Shown in pieces: positions 44,133-53,258 of a stretch of 64,000 nt of DNA (the stretch's first letter is position 1; every line of letters starts with the position of its first letter). A model generated the notes under the pieces. That model saw only the letters and a program-made list of their open reading frames with translations, ran no database searches and was not told where the DNA came from. The stretch comes from Gammaproteobacteria bacterium (GTDB lineage: Bacteria > Pseudomonadota > Gammaproteobacteria > Steroidobacterales > Steroidobacteraceae). The translations under genes and the position numbers were made by a program. Location: positions 50,459 to 114,458 of the forward strand of contig JBBILX010000011.1 in NCBI GenBank assembly GCA_037444685.1, given 5' to 3'.

Positions 44133-44621
44133 TCAGGCGTCGATCCGGCGCACGCTCTGAATGACGACCGGATCGCGCGGGCAATCGTCGTAGCCACGAA
44201 CGCGGCCGGTACGCACGGCGGCAATCCTGTCGATCGTGTCCATGCCGTCGGTGACTCGGCCGAATACCGCGTAGCCGTGCTGGCCGGGCCGATGGTCGAG
44301 GAAATCGTTGTCGCTGAGATTCACGAAGAACTGGCAGGTCGCGCTGTGGATGTCATGGGTGCGTGCCATCGAGAGCGTGCCACGCAGGTTCTCGAGGCCG
44401 TTGTGGGCCTCATTCCTGATCGGCGGACGGGTCTGCTTCGGTTCGAGCGCGGCGTCCAGTCCACCTCCCTGGATGACGAAACCGGGGACGACGCGGTGGA
44501 ACACCGTGCCATCGAAGTGCCCGTCGTCCACGTACTGGAGGAAATTCGCGACGGTGATCGGTGCTTCCTTCTCGAACAGTTCGACGGTGAAGCTGCCGAG
44601 CGAGGTCTCGAATCGGATCAT
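44133..44621 (-). CDS. ppiB: peptidyl-prolyl cis-trans isomerase (cyclophilin type)
   Basis: FHRVVPGFVIQGGG, GTLSMAR and YAVFGRV are present. Confidence 0.9.
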   Translation of the reverse strand: MIRFETSLGSFTVELFEKEAPITVANFLQYVDDGHFDGTVFHRVVPGFVIQGGGLDAALEPKQTRPPIRNEAHNGLENLRGTLSMARTHDIHSATCQFFVNLSDNDFLDHRPGQHGYAVFGRVTDGMDTIDRIAAVRTGRVRGYDDCPRDPVVIQSVRRIDA

Positions 44622-44634
44622 CTGACGGTGTCCT

Positions 44635-45519
44635 CTAGCGATGGAGCCGGCCGGCAGGTTCGCCGGGCCACCGACCTTCCGTCACGCGCTCGTGCCCGGC
44701 CAGGTCTCGATGCGAGCCTACGTGAGCGTAGCCTCGTGCCTCAAGCAGGGCGCGCACCGCGGTCCCCTGGTCGGCGCCGTGCTCGAGCAGCAGCCAGCCG
44801 CCCGTGGCGAGATGCGCGGGCGCCTGCAGCGCGATCGCGCGCAGCGCCGCCAGAGCGTTCGGACCCGGCGTCAACGCAAGATACGGCTCGTGACGCAGCG
44901 CGGGGTGGTTCAAGGCGGCGTCCCCAGCGGCGACGTAGGGTGGGTTGGCGACCACGAGCTCGAACCGTTCGCCGCCGACGGGCTCGAACCAGGAGCCCTT
45001 GAGCAGTCGCACGCGAGTGAGCCCGAGGCGTTGTGCATTGCCCCGTGCCACCGAGAGCGCCGCGGCCGAGACGTCGACGCCCGTGACCTGCCATGTCGGC
45101 CGTTCGCTCGCGATGGCGAGCGCGATCGCACCCGAGCCCGTGCCAAGATCGAGTACGCGGCAGGCTCCGCTGCCGTGCGCCAGAGCAGCGCCGTGCTGCA
45201 GTGCCCGCTCGACCAGCAGTTCGCTCTCGGGCCTCGGCACGAGTACGGCGGGCGTGATCTCGAGTTCGAGGGTCCAGAAGCCGCGCCGCCCGACAATGTA
45301 AGCCAGCGGCTCGCCCGCACGGCGCCGACGCAGCGCCTGCTCGCAGCGCTGCCAGGTCGCCTCGTCGAGCGAATCGTCGGCATGCGCGAACAGCGCTGCG
45401 CGCGGCAGACCCGTGACCGCGCAGACGAGCGCCTGCGCCTCCCGCAGCGGTTCCTCGACCGTCCCCTGCAGGCCCTGTTTCGCAGCGTCGAGCAGTGCGG
45501 CGATCGTCATCGGCTTCAT
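44635..45519 (-). CDS. prmC: peptide chain release factor N5-glutamine methyltransferase
   Basis: EPLAYIVGRRGFW, VLDLGTGSGAIA and VANPPYV (NPPY) are present. I chose the internal ATG at 45519 (or 45510). Confidence 0.9.
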   Translation of the reverse strand: MKPMTIAALLDAAKQGLQGTVEEPLREAQALVCAVTGLPRAALFAHADDSLDEATWQRCEQALRRRRAGEPLAYIVGRRGFWTLELEITPAVLVPRPESELLVERALQHGAALAHGSGACRVLDLGTGSGAIALAIASERPTWQVTGVDVSAAALSVARGNAQRLGLTRVRLLKGSWFEPVGGERFELVVANPPYVAAGDAALNHPALRHEPYLALTPGPNALAALRAIALQAPAHLATGGWLLLEHGADQGTAVRALLEARGYAHVGSHRDLAGHERVTEGRWPGEPAGRLHR

Positions 45520-45571
45520 CGCCACATTATGATGCTGCCGTGCCAGCGAAACGCTCTGGTACATTGCCAGA

Positions 45572-46408
45572 ATGACGACGCTGCTGCCCTTGAGCCGCCC
45601 GCTGCGCACCGCGGAACTGCTCGATCTCGTGTTCCGCCTGTTCCGCTCGACGCTTGTGCGCTGTCTGGTCATCGCGCTCGCGGCGGTCGTGGTCGGACAG
45701 ATTCCGGCGGCTTTCGACCTCGCCCGCGGCACGCTGCTGCGGCCACCGCTCGCGAAGGGGGCGGCGTGGTGGAGCGTGTTCATCGCCAGCACGCTCGTCA
45801 ACGTTCTGCTGTCGGTGGCGTTGCTCTGGCGGCAGTGGCAGCTCGCTCAGGGTCGCATCGCGCCTCTCGCCTCGGACCTTCGGGTGGCCCTGCGTCGGTG
45901 GCCCGGCGTTCTGGCCACCACGCTGCTCGCGCTGCTGCTGGTTGCGCTGCCGGTCGTGGCCGCCGCCGTCGTGTGGGTGACCCTCGGCTGGAGCGCGCGG
46001 CTCGCGCTGATCGCCGTACTGCTGGTCGTGCTCGGCTGGCTGCTGGTGCCTGTTGCCCTCGTGGTGCAGGTGCAGGTGCTCGAGGGACGCGGTCCGGTCG
46101 CCGCTCTGCGGCGCACATTCACACTGGTGCGCGGCAACTGGTGGCGCACGACACTGTCCCTGACAGTCGGCGGCATCGTCGTGCTCGTTTTCTATTCGGT
46201 CGGCGGGCTCATCGGTCTGCTGATCGCGCAGCTGCTCGGCGGCGCCGACCTCGCGGTTTTCTCGCTCGCCACGACCGTCGTCACGGCGCTGCTCGGCGGC
46301 CTCTTCATGCCGTTCTACACCGCTCTCACGCTCGTGATCGTGCTCGAACTGCAGCTGCGACGCGACGGCGTCGACCTCGGCGCGCGGGTCGACGCGCTGG
46401 CCGGGTGA
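45572..46408 (+). CDS. polytopic membrane protein of unknown function
   Basis: It has about 6 hydrophobic segments. The N-terminus LRTAELLDLVFRLFRSTLVRCLV resembles the membrane domain seen in GPDPase-membrane/DUF-type proteins. It is the first gene of a tightly packed + strand block. Confidence 0.6.
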   Translation: MTTLLPLSRPLRTAELLDLVFRLFRSTLVRCLVIALAAVVVGQIPAAFDLARGTLLRPPLAKGAAWWSVFIASTLVNVLLSVALLWRQWQLAQGRIAPLASDLRVALRRWPGVLATTLLALLLVALPVVAAAVVWVTLGWSARLALIAVLLVVLGWLLVPVALVVQVQVLEGRGPVAALRRTFTLVRGNWWRTTLSLTVGGIVVLVFYSVGGLIGLLIAQLLGGADLAVFSLATTVVTALLGGLFMPFYTALTLVIVLELQLRRDGVDLGARVDALAG

Positions 46409-46415
46409 GGCGGCC

Positions 46416-47375
46416 ATGCGGCGGCGCGCGACAGCCTGGGCCCTCGCGGCCGCGCACGGCGCGCTAGTGCTTGGCAACCCGCTCGGCGTGGCCGCAGCGC
46501 CGCGCCCGGCCGCCGAACCGGCGAGCCCCGCGCTGCTCGAAGCCTGTGCGGCACGCCTCGACGGCGAGCGTGACATCGGCCTCGCGCGCGTGCTCGCGGT
46601 CTGTCCGGAGATCGAGCGTGCGTTCGCCGACCGCAGGGTGCAGGCCTGGCTACCCGGCGGCTGGCGCAGCCACGGCGAGGATTTCTCGGCGGGCAGCCTG
46701 CGCGAGCTGGCGACGCTGCTGCGCGAGGCGGAGGTCGCGCCGGCGGGCCGAGCACCCGATCCGGCGCTGCTTGCGCGGATCCTCGCCGAGCACTCCGAGC
46801 GGGCTGGTGACGACACGGGCCCGTGGCGCCGCTTCCTGCGCTGGCTCCGCTCGATCGCGAGTCGCGCGAGGGCCGATACGGCGGACGCGCCGCTCGACGA
46901 CTGGTTGCAGTCGGGCAGTCGCGCAGAGAGTTTCTGGACCGTGAGCGGCTACGTCGCGTTCGTGGTCGCACTGGCGTTCGTGGCCTTAATCGCGCTTGGC
47001 GAGCTTCGGGCACGGGGCCGCGTCGGGCGCCGAGCGGGGGCGCACGGGGGACCGACCGCCGCCGCGGCAGCACCGGCAGCCACGGCAGCCGACCTCGCGT
47101 CCGTCCCGCTCGCCGAACGGCCGGGCCTCCTGCTGCGACGGATCGTCGCGGCGCTCGTCGCGCGACCGGAGCTGGCGCGCGGCGAAGCTTGCACCGTCGG
47201 CGAACTGCTGGCCGCGCGACCCTTCGCCGACGCTGAGCGTGCGGCGCAGCTGGTGCTGCTCGCGCGGGTCGCCGAAGCAGTGCGATTCTCGCCCGAGTTG
47301 CCGGATGCGGCGACGCTGCGCGCGGCGACGGTCGCCGGTGAATCGCTGTGCCGTGGGCTTGAATCGGCGCCATGA
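46416..47375 (+). CDS. membrane-anchored protein, DUF4129-like
   Basis: It has a signal peptide, one central TM segment (FWTVSGYVAFVVALAFVALIALG), and a C-terminal helical region (CTVGELLAARPFADAERAAQLVLLARVAEAVRFS) resembling DUF4129. The family call is from memory only. Confidence 0.5.
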   Translation: MRRRATAWALAAAHGALVLGNPLGVAAAPRPAAEPASPALLEACAARLDGERDIGLARVLAVCPEIERAFADRRVQAWLPGGWRSHGEDFSAGSLRELATLLREAEVAPAGRAPDPALLARILAEHSERAGDDTGPWRRFLRWLRSIASRARADTADAPLDDWLQSGSRAESFWTVSGYVAFVVALAFVALIALGELRARGRVGRRAGAHGGPTAAAAAPAATAADLASVPLAERPGLLLRRIVAALVARPELARGEACTVGELLAARPFADAERAAQLVLLARVAEAVRFSPELPDAATLRAATVAGESLCRGLESAP

Positions 47376-48634
47376 GGGAGCGCGCCACCACTCTCGCATT
47401 GGCGGTGGCGGCCTTCGCCGCCTTTCTGGTCATGTTCCGCGGCGGCGCGCCGAACCCGACGGGACAGCCGTCGCCGCGGCCGACGTCGGTCGAGCGTGCT
47501 GGCAGCGGCCTGTCCGTGCTCAGCGAATGGCTGCGACGCGACGGCAGACCGGTCGTCTCATGGCGCGAATCCTACGAGCGGCTCGCCGATGCGGCGCCTG
47601 CCGGCACCGGCAACCTGCTCATCGTGGCCCTGCCCGGGCGCGTCGCCGTCGAGACGCACGAGCTGCCGGCGCTCGATCGCTGGGTGCGGGCCGGCAATAC
47701 GCTACTCGTGCTCGCGGCGCTCGCCGACGCACCGGAGTGGGCCGCCGGCGAGGCGCCGGGCTTCGACCTCGAGGCGTTGACCGGACTCGATTTCTCGCGC
47801 GGCGACGCGGATCCGGACACGGCAACGGCCGGCGATCGGCGGCGCGCACCGCGGATGCTTGCCGCGCCGCGGCGGCACGTCGCGCAGCCAAGCGGCGCGC
47901 ATCCGCTGCTCGCGGGTGTAGGCAGCCTTCAGGCCCGCTCGGCTGCCGAGCCGGAGCGATGGCGGCTGCGCCTTCCGTTCGAGACCTTCGCGCTGGAACT
48001 CGCGCGCGAGACGCCGTCAGGCCAGGGTGTGCTGTGGCTGCGACGGCTCGGCGCCGGCCACATCGTCGTCAGCGGCTACGGCTCGCTGTTCTCCAACGCG
48101 CTGCTCCGCGAGGGTGACAACGCGAGGCTGCTCGCCAACCTCGTCGCGGCCTCGCTCGGGCCAGGTGGCGCGGTCCTGGTCGACGATGGCCGGCAAGGAC
48201 TCTCCGCGACTTACGATCCGCAGCAGTTCTATGCCGATTCGCGTCTGCACTGGAGCATCGCGATCGTGATCGCCGTCTGGCTCTGCTGGGCGCTGGCGGG
48301 CACACGGCTACGGGTACCGCCGGCAGCGACGCGTCCGCCAGGCCCCGACACGCTGCAGCTGCTGCGCCGCACGGCGTCGTTCATGGAGCGCGTGACGCCG
48401 CCCGCGGCGGCCGCCACGCAGCTCGTCGCCGCGTTTTCACGCCGCCTCGCGCGGCGCCACCGACTGCCTGCGACGACGCAGCCACCGTGGGAGTGGCTCG
48501 AGGCGAGGCTCGGCGCCGGGTCCGCGGACCTGCTCGAGCTGCGCCGCCGCTGTGCCGAGGTCGCGAGCGGGCGGGCCGTCAAGCTTTCGCTGCTGCACAA
48601 TCTCCTGCTACGGCTCGAGTCTCGACTGTCATGA
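47372..48634 (+). CDS. membrane protein, DUF4350-like
   Basis: It has an ATGA overlap with the previous gene and an N-terminal TM segment. The region GSGLSVLSEWLRRDGRPVV...LLIVALPG...WVRAGNTLLVLA resembles DUF4350. A second TM segment lies near residue 290. Confidence 0.5.
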   Translation: MRERATTLALAVAAFAAFLVMFRGGAPNPTGQPSPRPTSVERAGSGLSVLSEWLRRDGRPVVSWRESYERLADAAPAGTGNLLIVALPGRVAVETHELPALDRWVRAGNTLLVLAALADAPEWAAGEAPGFDLEALTGLDFSRGDADPDTATAGDRRRAPRMLAAPRRHVAQPSGAHPLLAGVGSLQARSAAEPERWRLRLPFETFALELARETPSGQGVLWLRRLGAGHIVVSGYGSLFSNALLREGDNARLLANLVAASLGPGGAVLVDDGRQGLSATYDPQQFYADSRLHWSIAIVIAVWLCWALAGTRLRVPPAATRPPGPDTLQLLRRTASFMERVTPPAAAATQLVAAFSRRLARRHRLPATTQPPWEWLEARLGAGSADLLELRRRCAEVASGRAVKLSLLHNLLLRLESRLS

Positions 48635-49581
48635 ATGAAATACTGCCTCGGTTCGAATCCGGCCTGCAGCGCGAGATCGGCCGCTGGGTGATCGGTGCGG
48701 CGCCCGCGGTGCAGGCGCTGGCGATCGCGCTGATCGCGCGCGGCCACGTGCTGATCGAAGGGCCGCCGGGCGTCGGCAAGACGCTGCTGGCCCGGGCGCT
48801 CGCGCGGGCGACCGGCGGCGCGTTCCAGCGAATCCAGGGCACGGCCGACCTGATGCCAGCCGACATTCTCGGCGCGCACGTGTTCGACGCGCAGCGCACG
48901 GAGTTCGTGTTCCGGCCGGGTCCGCTGTTCGCCGATGTCGTGCTCGTCGACGAGATCAATCGCGCTGGGCCGCGCACGCAGTCCGCACTGCTCGAAGCGA
49001 TGGCGGAACGGCAGGTCACGCTCGAGCGCGAGTCGTTCGCCTTGCCCGAGGAATTCCTCGTGATCGCGACCCAGAATCCGCTCGACTTCGAGGGCACCTA
49101 CCCGCTCCCCGAGTCGCAGCTCGACCGCTTCATGCTGCGGATCGAGATGGATTACGCGCCGCGCGAGGCCGAACTCGAGGTGCTGCAGCGCCATGGCGCC
49201 GGATTCGATTCCGGCCCTCCCGCCGCCGGGGACATCGTGCCGCTCGAACGCGCGGCGCTGCAGCAGGCGCGCGCCGCAGCGTCAGCGGTCCACGTCGCCG
49301 ACGCGCTGGCCAGTTACGTGCTCGATCTGGCGCGCGCCTCGCGCGAGCATCCACGGCTCGCGCTCGGTCTGTCGACGCGCGGCGCCCTCGCCCTGCTGCG
49401 CGCCGCCCGTGTCGCGGCCGGTCTGCGTGGCGCCGACCACGCCACCCCCGACGACGTCAAGCGGCTTGCCCCCGCGGTGGTCGTCCATCGTCTGGTGGTC
49501 AGTCCCGAGTCGCGCGTCGAGGGCATCGACGCCGCGGCGGTGCTCGCCGAACTGCTCGAGCGCACGCCCGTGCCGCGCTGA
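48631..49581 (+). CDS. moxR: MoxR-family AAA+ ATPase
   Basis: Walker A GPPGVGKT, Walker B VLVDEINRA, and QNPLDFEGTYPLPESQLDRF are present. It has an ATGA overlap with the upstream gene. Confidence 0.9.
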   Translation: MNEILPRFESGLQREIGRWVIGAAPAVQALAIALIARGHVLIEGPPGVGKTLLARALARATGGAFQRIQGTADLMPADILGAHVFDAQRTEFVFRPGPLFADVVLVDEINRAGPRTQSALLEAMAERQVTLERESFALPEEFLVIATQNPLDFEGTYPLPESQLDRFMLRIEMDYAPREAELEVLQRHGAGFDSGPPAAGDIVPLERAALQQARAAASAVHVADALASYVLDLARASREHPRLALGLSTRGALALLRAARVAAGLRGADHATPDDVKRLAPAVVVHRLVVSPESRVEGIDAAAVLAELLERTPVPR

Positions 49582-49587
49582 AGGTCC

Positions 49588-50886
49588 ATGCACCTGACCG
49601 CCCGCAGCCTCGTGCTCGTGGCACTCTCGGCGCTGCTCGCGATCGCCGCGTTGTGGTCCGGTGCGACGGCGCTGCGCGGACTCTGGGCCGCGCCACTGAT
49701 GCTGCTCGCCTTGGGCCTGACGTTCGAGAGCCACTGGCAGGCGCGGCTCGTCGTCGCGGCGTCGGCGCTGTGGCCGCGGCGTTTCTATCTGGGCCGCGCC
49801 ACCACGGTCGTGCTGAGGCTGTATCACGATGCGGCCGTGGCAGTGCGCCTCGAACTCGCGGTGTGCGTCCCCAATGGCATGCTCGCCGAGCCGGCGATCC
49901 GGAGCCTGACGCTGTCGCCGGGGCAGCCGACCGGGCTGGCGGTGCCGCTGACGCCGGTCGCGCTCGGCGAGATTCGCTGGCCGTCGCTACCGGCGCGGCT
50001 CCGCGGCATTCTCGGCCTGGCGACATGGTCGCGCGAGCTGGTCGTCGAAGGCGCAGGTTCCGTGCTGCCAGACCTGCGGGTCCACCTGCGGAGCGAACTC
50101 CCTGGCTGGCGGGCCGGGCTACGGGCGCGGCGCGAAGCGGGCAGCGGCAGCGACCTCAAGCAGCTGCGCGACTACCGTCCGGGCGATCCGCCGTCGCGTG
50201 TCGCGTGGCGGTCGAGCGCCCGTCATGGGGAGCTGCTGGTGCGCGAGTTCACGGACGCGCAGCAGCTCGATCTGCTGCTGGTCGTCGATGCCGGCCTTCG
50301 GTCGCGGGCGCGTGCCGGTGCCCTCGATCGACTCGGCGTGGCGATCAACGTCGCGGCCGGCTTCGCCGAGTCGGCGGTCGCCCGCGACGATCGTGTCGGG
50401 CTGCTGATCTACGCCGATCGCCCGCTCGCCTTCGCGGCGCCGGCGCGTGGCACAGCGGCGCTGCTGCGCGTCCGTGCGCTGCTCGGTGCCGCACGTGCGG
50501 CGACAGTCGAGTCGGAACCGATCGCGGCGGCCCTGCGGGCACGCCGTTTGCTGCGCCACCGTGGCCTGGTCGTCTGGCTCACCGAGGTCGACGACGCGGC
50601 GGCCGTCGACGACCTGGGCGGGGTGCTGCAGGTGCTGACGCCGCCGCATCTCGTGGTGTTCGCCGGCGCGCGCAGTGACGCGGCGAGTGCGCTGGCGCTT
50701 ACACCGGCCCGCGACGACCACGACGCCTGGCTCGCCCTCGCGGCTGCCGAAAGCGAGGAGCGTCTGGTCGCAGGTCTGCAGCGGCTGCGACGCCGCGGCG
50801 CACCGGTGGTTGCCGCGCCAGCGGAGCGGCTCGAACCTGCCGTGCTGGCGACCTACTCGCGACTGCGCGCCCAGCGGCGCATCTAA
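49588..50886 (+). CDS. DUF58-family protein (MoxR partner), N-terminal membrane segments
   Basis: The DUF58 hallmark LRDYRPGDPPSRVAWRSSARHGELLVREF is present. The following beta-strand reads LLLVVDAGLRSRA, with no clear DxSxS MIDAS motif. Confidence 0.8.
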   Translation: MHLTARSLVLVALSALLAIAALWSGATALRGLWAAPLMLLALGLTFESHWQARLVVAASALWPRRFYLGRATTVVLRLYHDAAVAVRLELAVCVPNGMLAEPAIRSLTLSPGQPTGLAVPLTPVALGEIRWPSLPARLRGILGLATWSRELVVEGAGSVLPDLRVHLRSELPGWRAGLRARREAGSGSDLKQLRDYRPGDPPSRVAWRSSARHGELLVREFTDAQQLDLLLVVDAGLRSRARAGALDRLGVAINVAAGFAESAVARDDRVGLLIYADRPLAFAAPARGTAALLRVRALLGAARAATVESEPIAAALRARRLLRHRGLVVWLTEVDDAAAVDDLGGVLQVLTPPHLVVFAGARSDAASALALTPARDDHDAWLALAAAESEERLVAGLQRLRRRGAPVVAAPAERLEPAVLATYSRLRAQRRI

Positions 50887-50894
50887 GGCGCTCC

Positions 50895-50927
50895 CCGGCC
50901 GGTTCCGCGACCGCGCCGGTCGGCCGG
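50895..50927. terminator. GC-rich hairpin between convergent genes (possible bidirectional terminator)
   Basis: CCGGCCGG (50895-50902) can pair with CGGCCGG (50921-50927). There is no U-tract, so this is weak. Confidence 0.25.
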
Positions 50928-50931
50928 TGCT

Positions 50932-51525
50932 TCAGATGATTTGGCAGGCCTGCTCGAAGGACAGTCGCGGCAGGCGCGGGTGCAGGCGGCTGCGGTCGCC
51001 GAAGCCCAGATTGCAGACGAAGTTCACGCGCACGGAGCTGCCGGCGAAGAATTCGGCGTCGATGCGCGCGGCGTCGAAACCCGACATCGGCCCGCAGTCC
51101 AGTCCGAGCGCGCGCGCGCCCAGCATCAGATAGGCGCCTTGCAGCGAGGAGTTGCGTAGCGCCGTCTCCTCGATCAAGGCCGGCTGTCCGACGAACCAGC
51201 TGCGCGCGTCCGCGTGAGGGAAGGTCTGCGGCAGCAGCGAGGGGAAGTCCAGGTCCTGTCCGATCAGTACGGTCACGGGCGCGCGCCGCGTCTTGTCGCG
51301 ATTGCCGCTCGACATGGCCGGCAGCAGCCGTGCCTTCGCTTCGGGCGTCGTCACGAAGACATATCGGCCCGGCTGACAGTTCGCCGAAGTCGGCCCGAGG
51401 CACAGCAGCGCATACAGTTCGCGCAGCAGCGATTCGGGGACCGGCCGGTCCTCGAAGTGGCTGAACGTGCGGGCATCGCGGAACAGTCGGTCGAGTGCAG
51501 CGGCATCGAGCGGGAGGTGGGTCAT
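50932..51525 (-). CDS. nitroreductase-family oxidoreductase (RutE/malonic semialdehyde reductase-like)
   Basis: LFRDARTFSHFEDRPVP, GPTSANCQPGRYVFV and the ~197-aa length are typical of the RutE/YdjA-like branch. Confidence 0.8.
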   Translation of the reverse strand: MTHLPLDAAALDRLFRDARTFSHFEDRPVPESLLRELYALLCLGPTSANCQPGRYVFVTTPEAKARLLPAMSSGNRDKTRRAPVTVLIGQDLDFPSLLPQTFPHADARSWFVGQPALIEETALRNSSLQGAYLMLGARALGLDCGPMSGFDAARIDAEFFAGSSVRVNFVCNLGFGDRSRLHPRLPRLSFEQACQII

Positions 51526-51552
51526 GCTTCCGTCCTTGCGGTCTGCGTGGGC

Positions 51553-52539
51553 TCAGCCGTCGAGGCGCCCGCCGCGGCTGCGGCCAGCAACCCAGCCCCG
51601 CAGCAGCGCCACCATGAAGAGGAAATAGCCGAAGCCAATGACGAGACGGGCGCCGAGCGGCACGTCCGGATCTGGCGAGACGTAGCCCTCGATCAGGCCG
51701 CAGCCGAGCAGCAGCAGGACCACTGCGACCATGATGGGCAGTGTCTCGCGCGCGGCGTGGGCGAACGACTCGCTGCGCGTCGCGAGCCGAGGCCGCACCA
51801 GGCTCTCGCCGACGGCTGCGCCGGCGGCGCCCGAGACACACAGGCAGGCGAGCTCGACGACTCCGTGTGCGATCACGAAGCGGAACAACTCGTCGGCTAG
51901 CCCGTTCGCTGCCGTGAAGGCGAAGATCCCGCCGAGCATCATCCCGTTCAGCGCGATGATATAGAACGTGCCGAGGCCGAACAGGATGCCGGCGCAGTAG
52001 GCGAACAGGCTCACCACCACGTTGTGGGTCAGGATCTGCAGCGACAGGACCGGGGACGGCACGATGTTCAGCAGTCCCTCGGTCCAGAGCCTGCCGCGCT
52101 CCACGGTCGTGACCATCTCGTCGGAAGCGAACAGCCGCGCGAGACCCGGGTTCGCGCGCACGAGTGCGGCGCCAGCGCCGGCCGCGAGCACGAACAGCGA
52201 GGAGACGGCCAGCAGGTGCCAGCGCAGCCGCGCCAGGGAGTCTGGCAGGGTGTCACGCAGCAGCGCGTGCAGCGCCCGCAGCGGCCGGGACGACGGCCGG
52301 TGCAGTTCGCCGTGCAGCCTCGCATACAGCGACTCGAGCTGCGCACGCGTGCGACTCGCGGCATCCAGCCGGCGGGCGGCGGCGAGATCGGCCGCCACGC
52401 GGCGGTAGTCGTCCGCGACATCGAGTGCCTCGGCGACGTCGAGCGGTTCGCGGCGCTCGAGCCGTGCCAGACGCTCCGCCGCGGCGTGCCAGCGCGGCGA
52501 CCTCGCGCCGAGCCGTGCGCGCAACGCTGCCTGACTCAT
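51553..52539 (-). CDS. SpoIIM/DUF95-like integral membrane protein
   Basis: It has an N-terminal soluble helical region followed by TM helices with THNVVVSLFAYCAGILFGLGTFYIIALNGMMLGG, a SpoIIM-type motif. It has an ATGA overlap with the RDD gene. Confidence 0.65.
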   Translation of the reverse strand: MSQAALRARLGARSPRWHAAAERLARLERREPLDVAEALDVADDYRRVAADLAAARRLDAASRTRAQLESLYARLHGELHRPSSRPLRALHALLRDTLPDSLARLRWHLLAVSSLFVLAAGAGAALVRANPGLARLFASDEMVTTVERGRLWTEGLLNIVPSPVLSLQILTHNVVVSLFAYCAGILFGLGTFYIIALNGMMLGGIFAFTAANGLADELFRFVIAHGVVELACLCVSGAAGAAVGESLVRPRLATRSESFAHAARETLPIMVAVVLLLLGCGLIEGYVSPDPDVPLGARLVIGFGYFLFMVALLRGWVAGRSRGGRLDG

Positions 52540-53255
52540 CGCTCGGCAGCCTCGGCCAGGGCGCGCAGTGCCGCGCGACGCGCCGTATCGGAGCCAGCCG
52601 CAGGCCCGTCCGCGGCGCCTAGGACCCCGACCAGGCGGTCGGCAAGGGCCCGGCGCCGTTCGGGATCGAGCGAGTCCCAGCGTGCGAGCAGTTCACGCGC
52701 CAGTGCCGCGCGCTCCGGGTCCGCGGCGGGCGAGGGCGTGACGGGCGACCACGGACGATCGTAGACGAGCACCGTGCCGGCCGCGAGGTCGCCGATGCGC
52801 ACGTGGTCGCGCGTCAGAAGTGTGGCGGTCAGGCCCACGCCGTAGAAGACGGGCAGGCTGTCGATCACACGGAACAGGTTGCGCAGCAGCAGCGCTCCAT
52901 AGCCGGGCGTCGCACCCGAGCGGGTCACGAGCCGCATGCCGGCCAGCCGTTTGCCGGGTGTCCGCCCGCGCATCGCCAGTTCCAGGATCGGATGGTAGAG
53001 CAGGTAGAGGGCCGCGGCCGGCGTCAGCACGGTGAGAAACCAGCTTGCGCCTGGATCGAGCGGCGCGGCGAACGACACGCGGCCCGCGGGCAGATTGTGC
53101 AGCACCGCCGCGGCGACGTACCAGCACAGCGCCAGCGCGGCACGGATCTGCCAGTCGAGCAGAAAGGCGAGGCTGCGCCCACCCGGACCCACGAGATCGA
53201 AGTGCACGGCAACGCCCGTCGCGCTGTCGACTTCGAGTGCGCGCGGCGACGTCAT
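52536..53255 (-). CDS. RDD-family membrane protein
   Basis: RSLAFLLDWQIR, GRTPGKRLAGMRLV and RIGDLAAGTVLV are present. The start codon lies 3 nt downstream of the prfA stop. Confidence 0.7.
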   Translation of the reverse strand: MTSPRALEVDSATGVAVHFDLVGPGGRSLAFLLDWQIRAALALCWYVAAAVLHNLPAGRVSFAAPLDPGASWFLTVLTPAAALYLLYHPILELAMRGRTPGKRLAGMRLVTRSGATPGYGALLLRNLFRVIDSLPVFYGVGLTATLLTRDHVRIGDLAAGTVLVYDRPWSPVTPSPAADPERAALARELLARWDSLDPERRRALADRLVGVLGAADGPAAGSDTARRAALRALAEAAER

Positions 53256-53258
53256 CGC

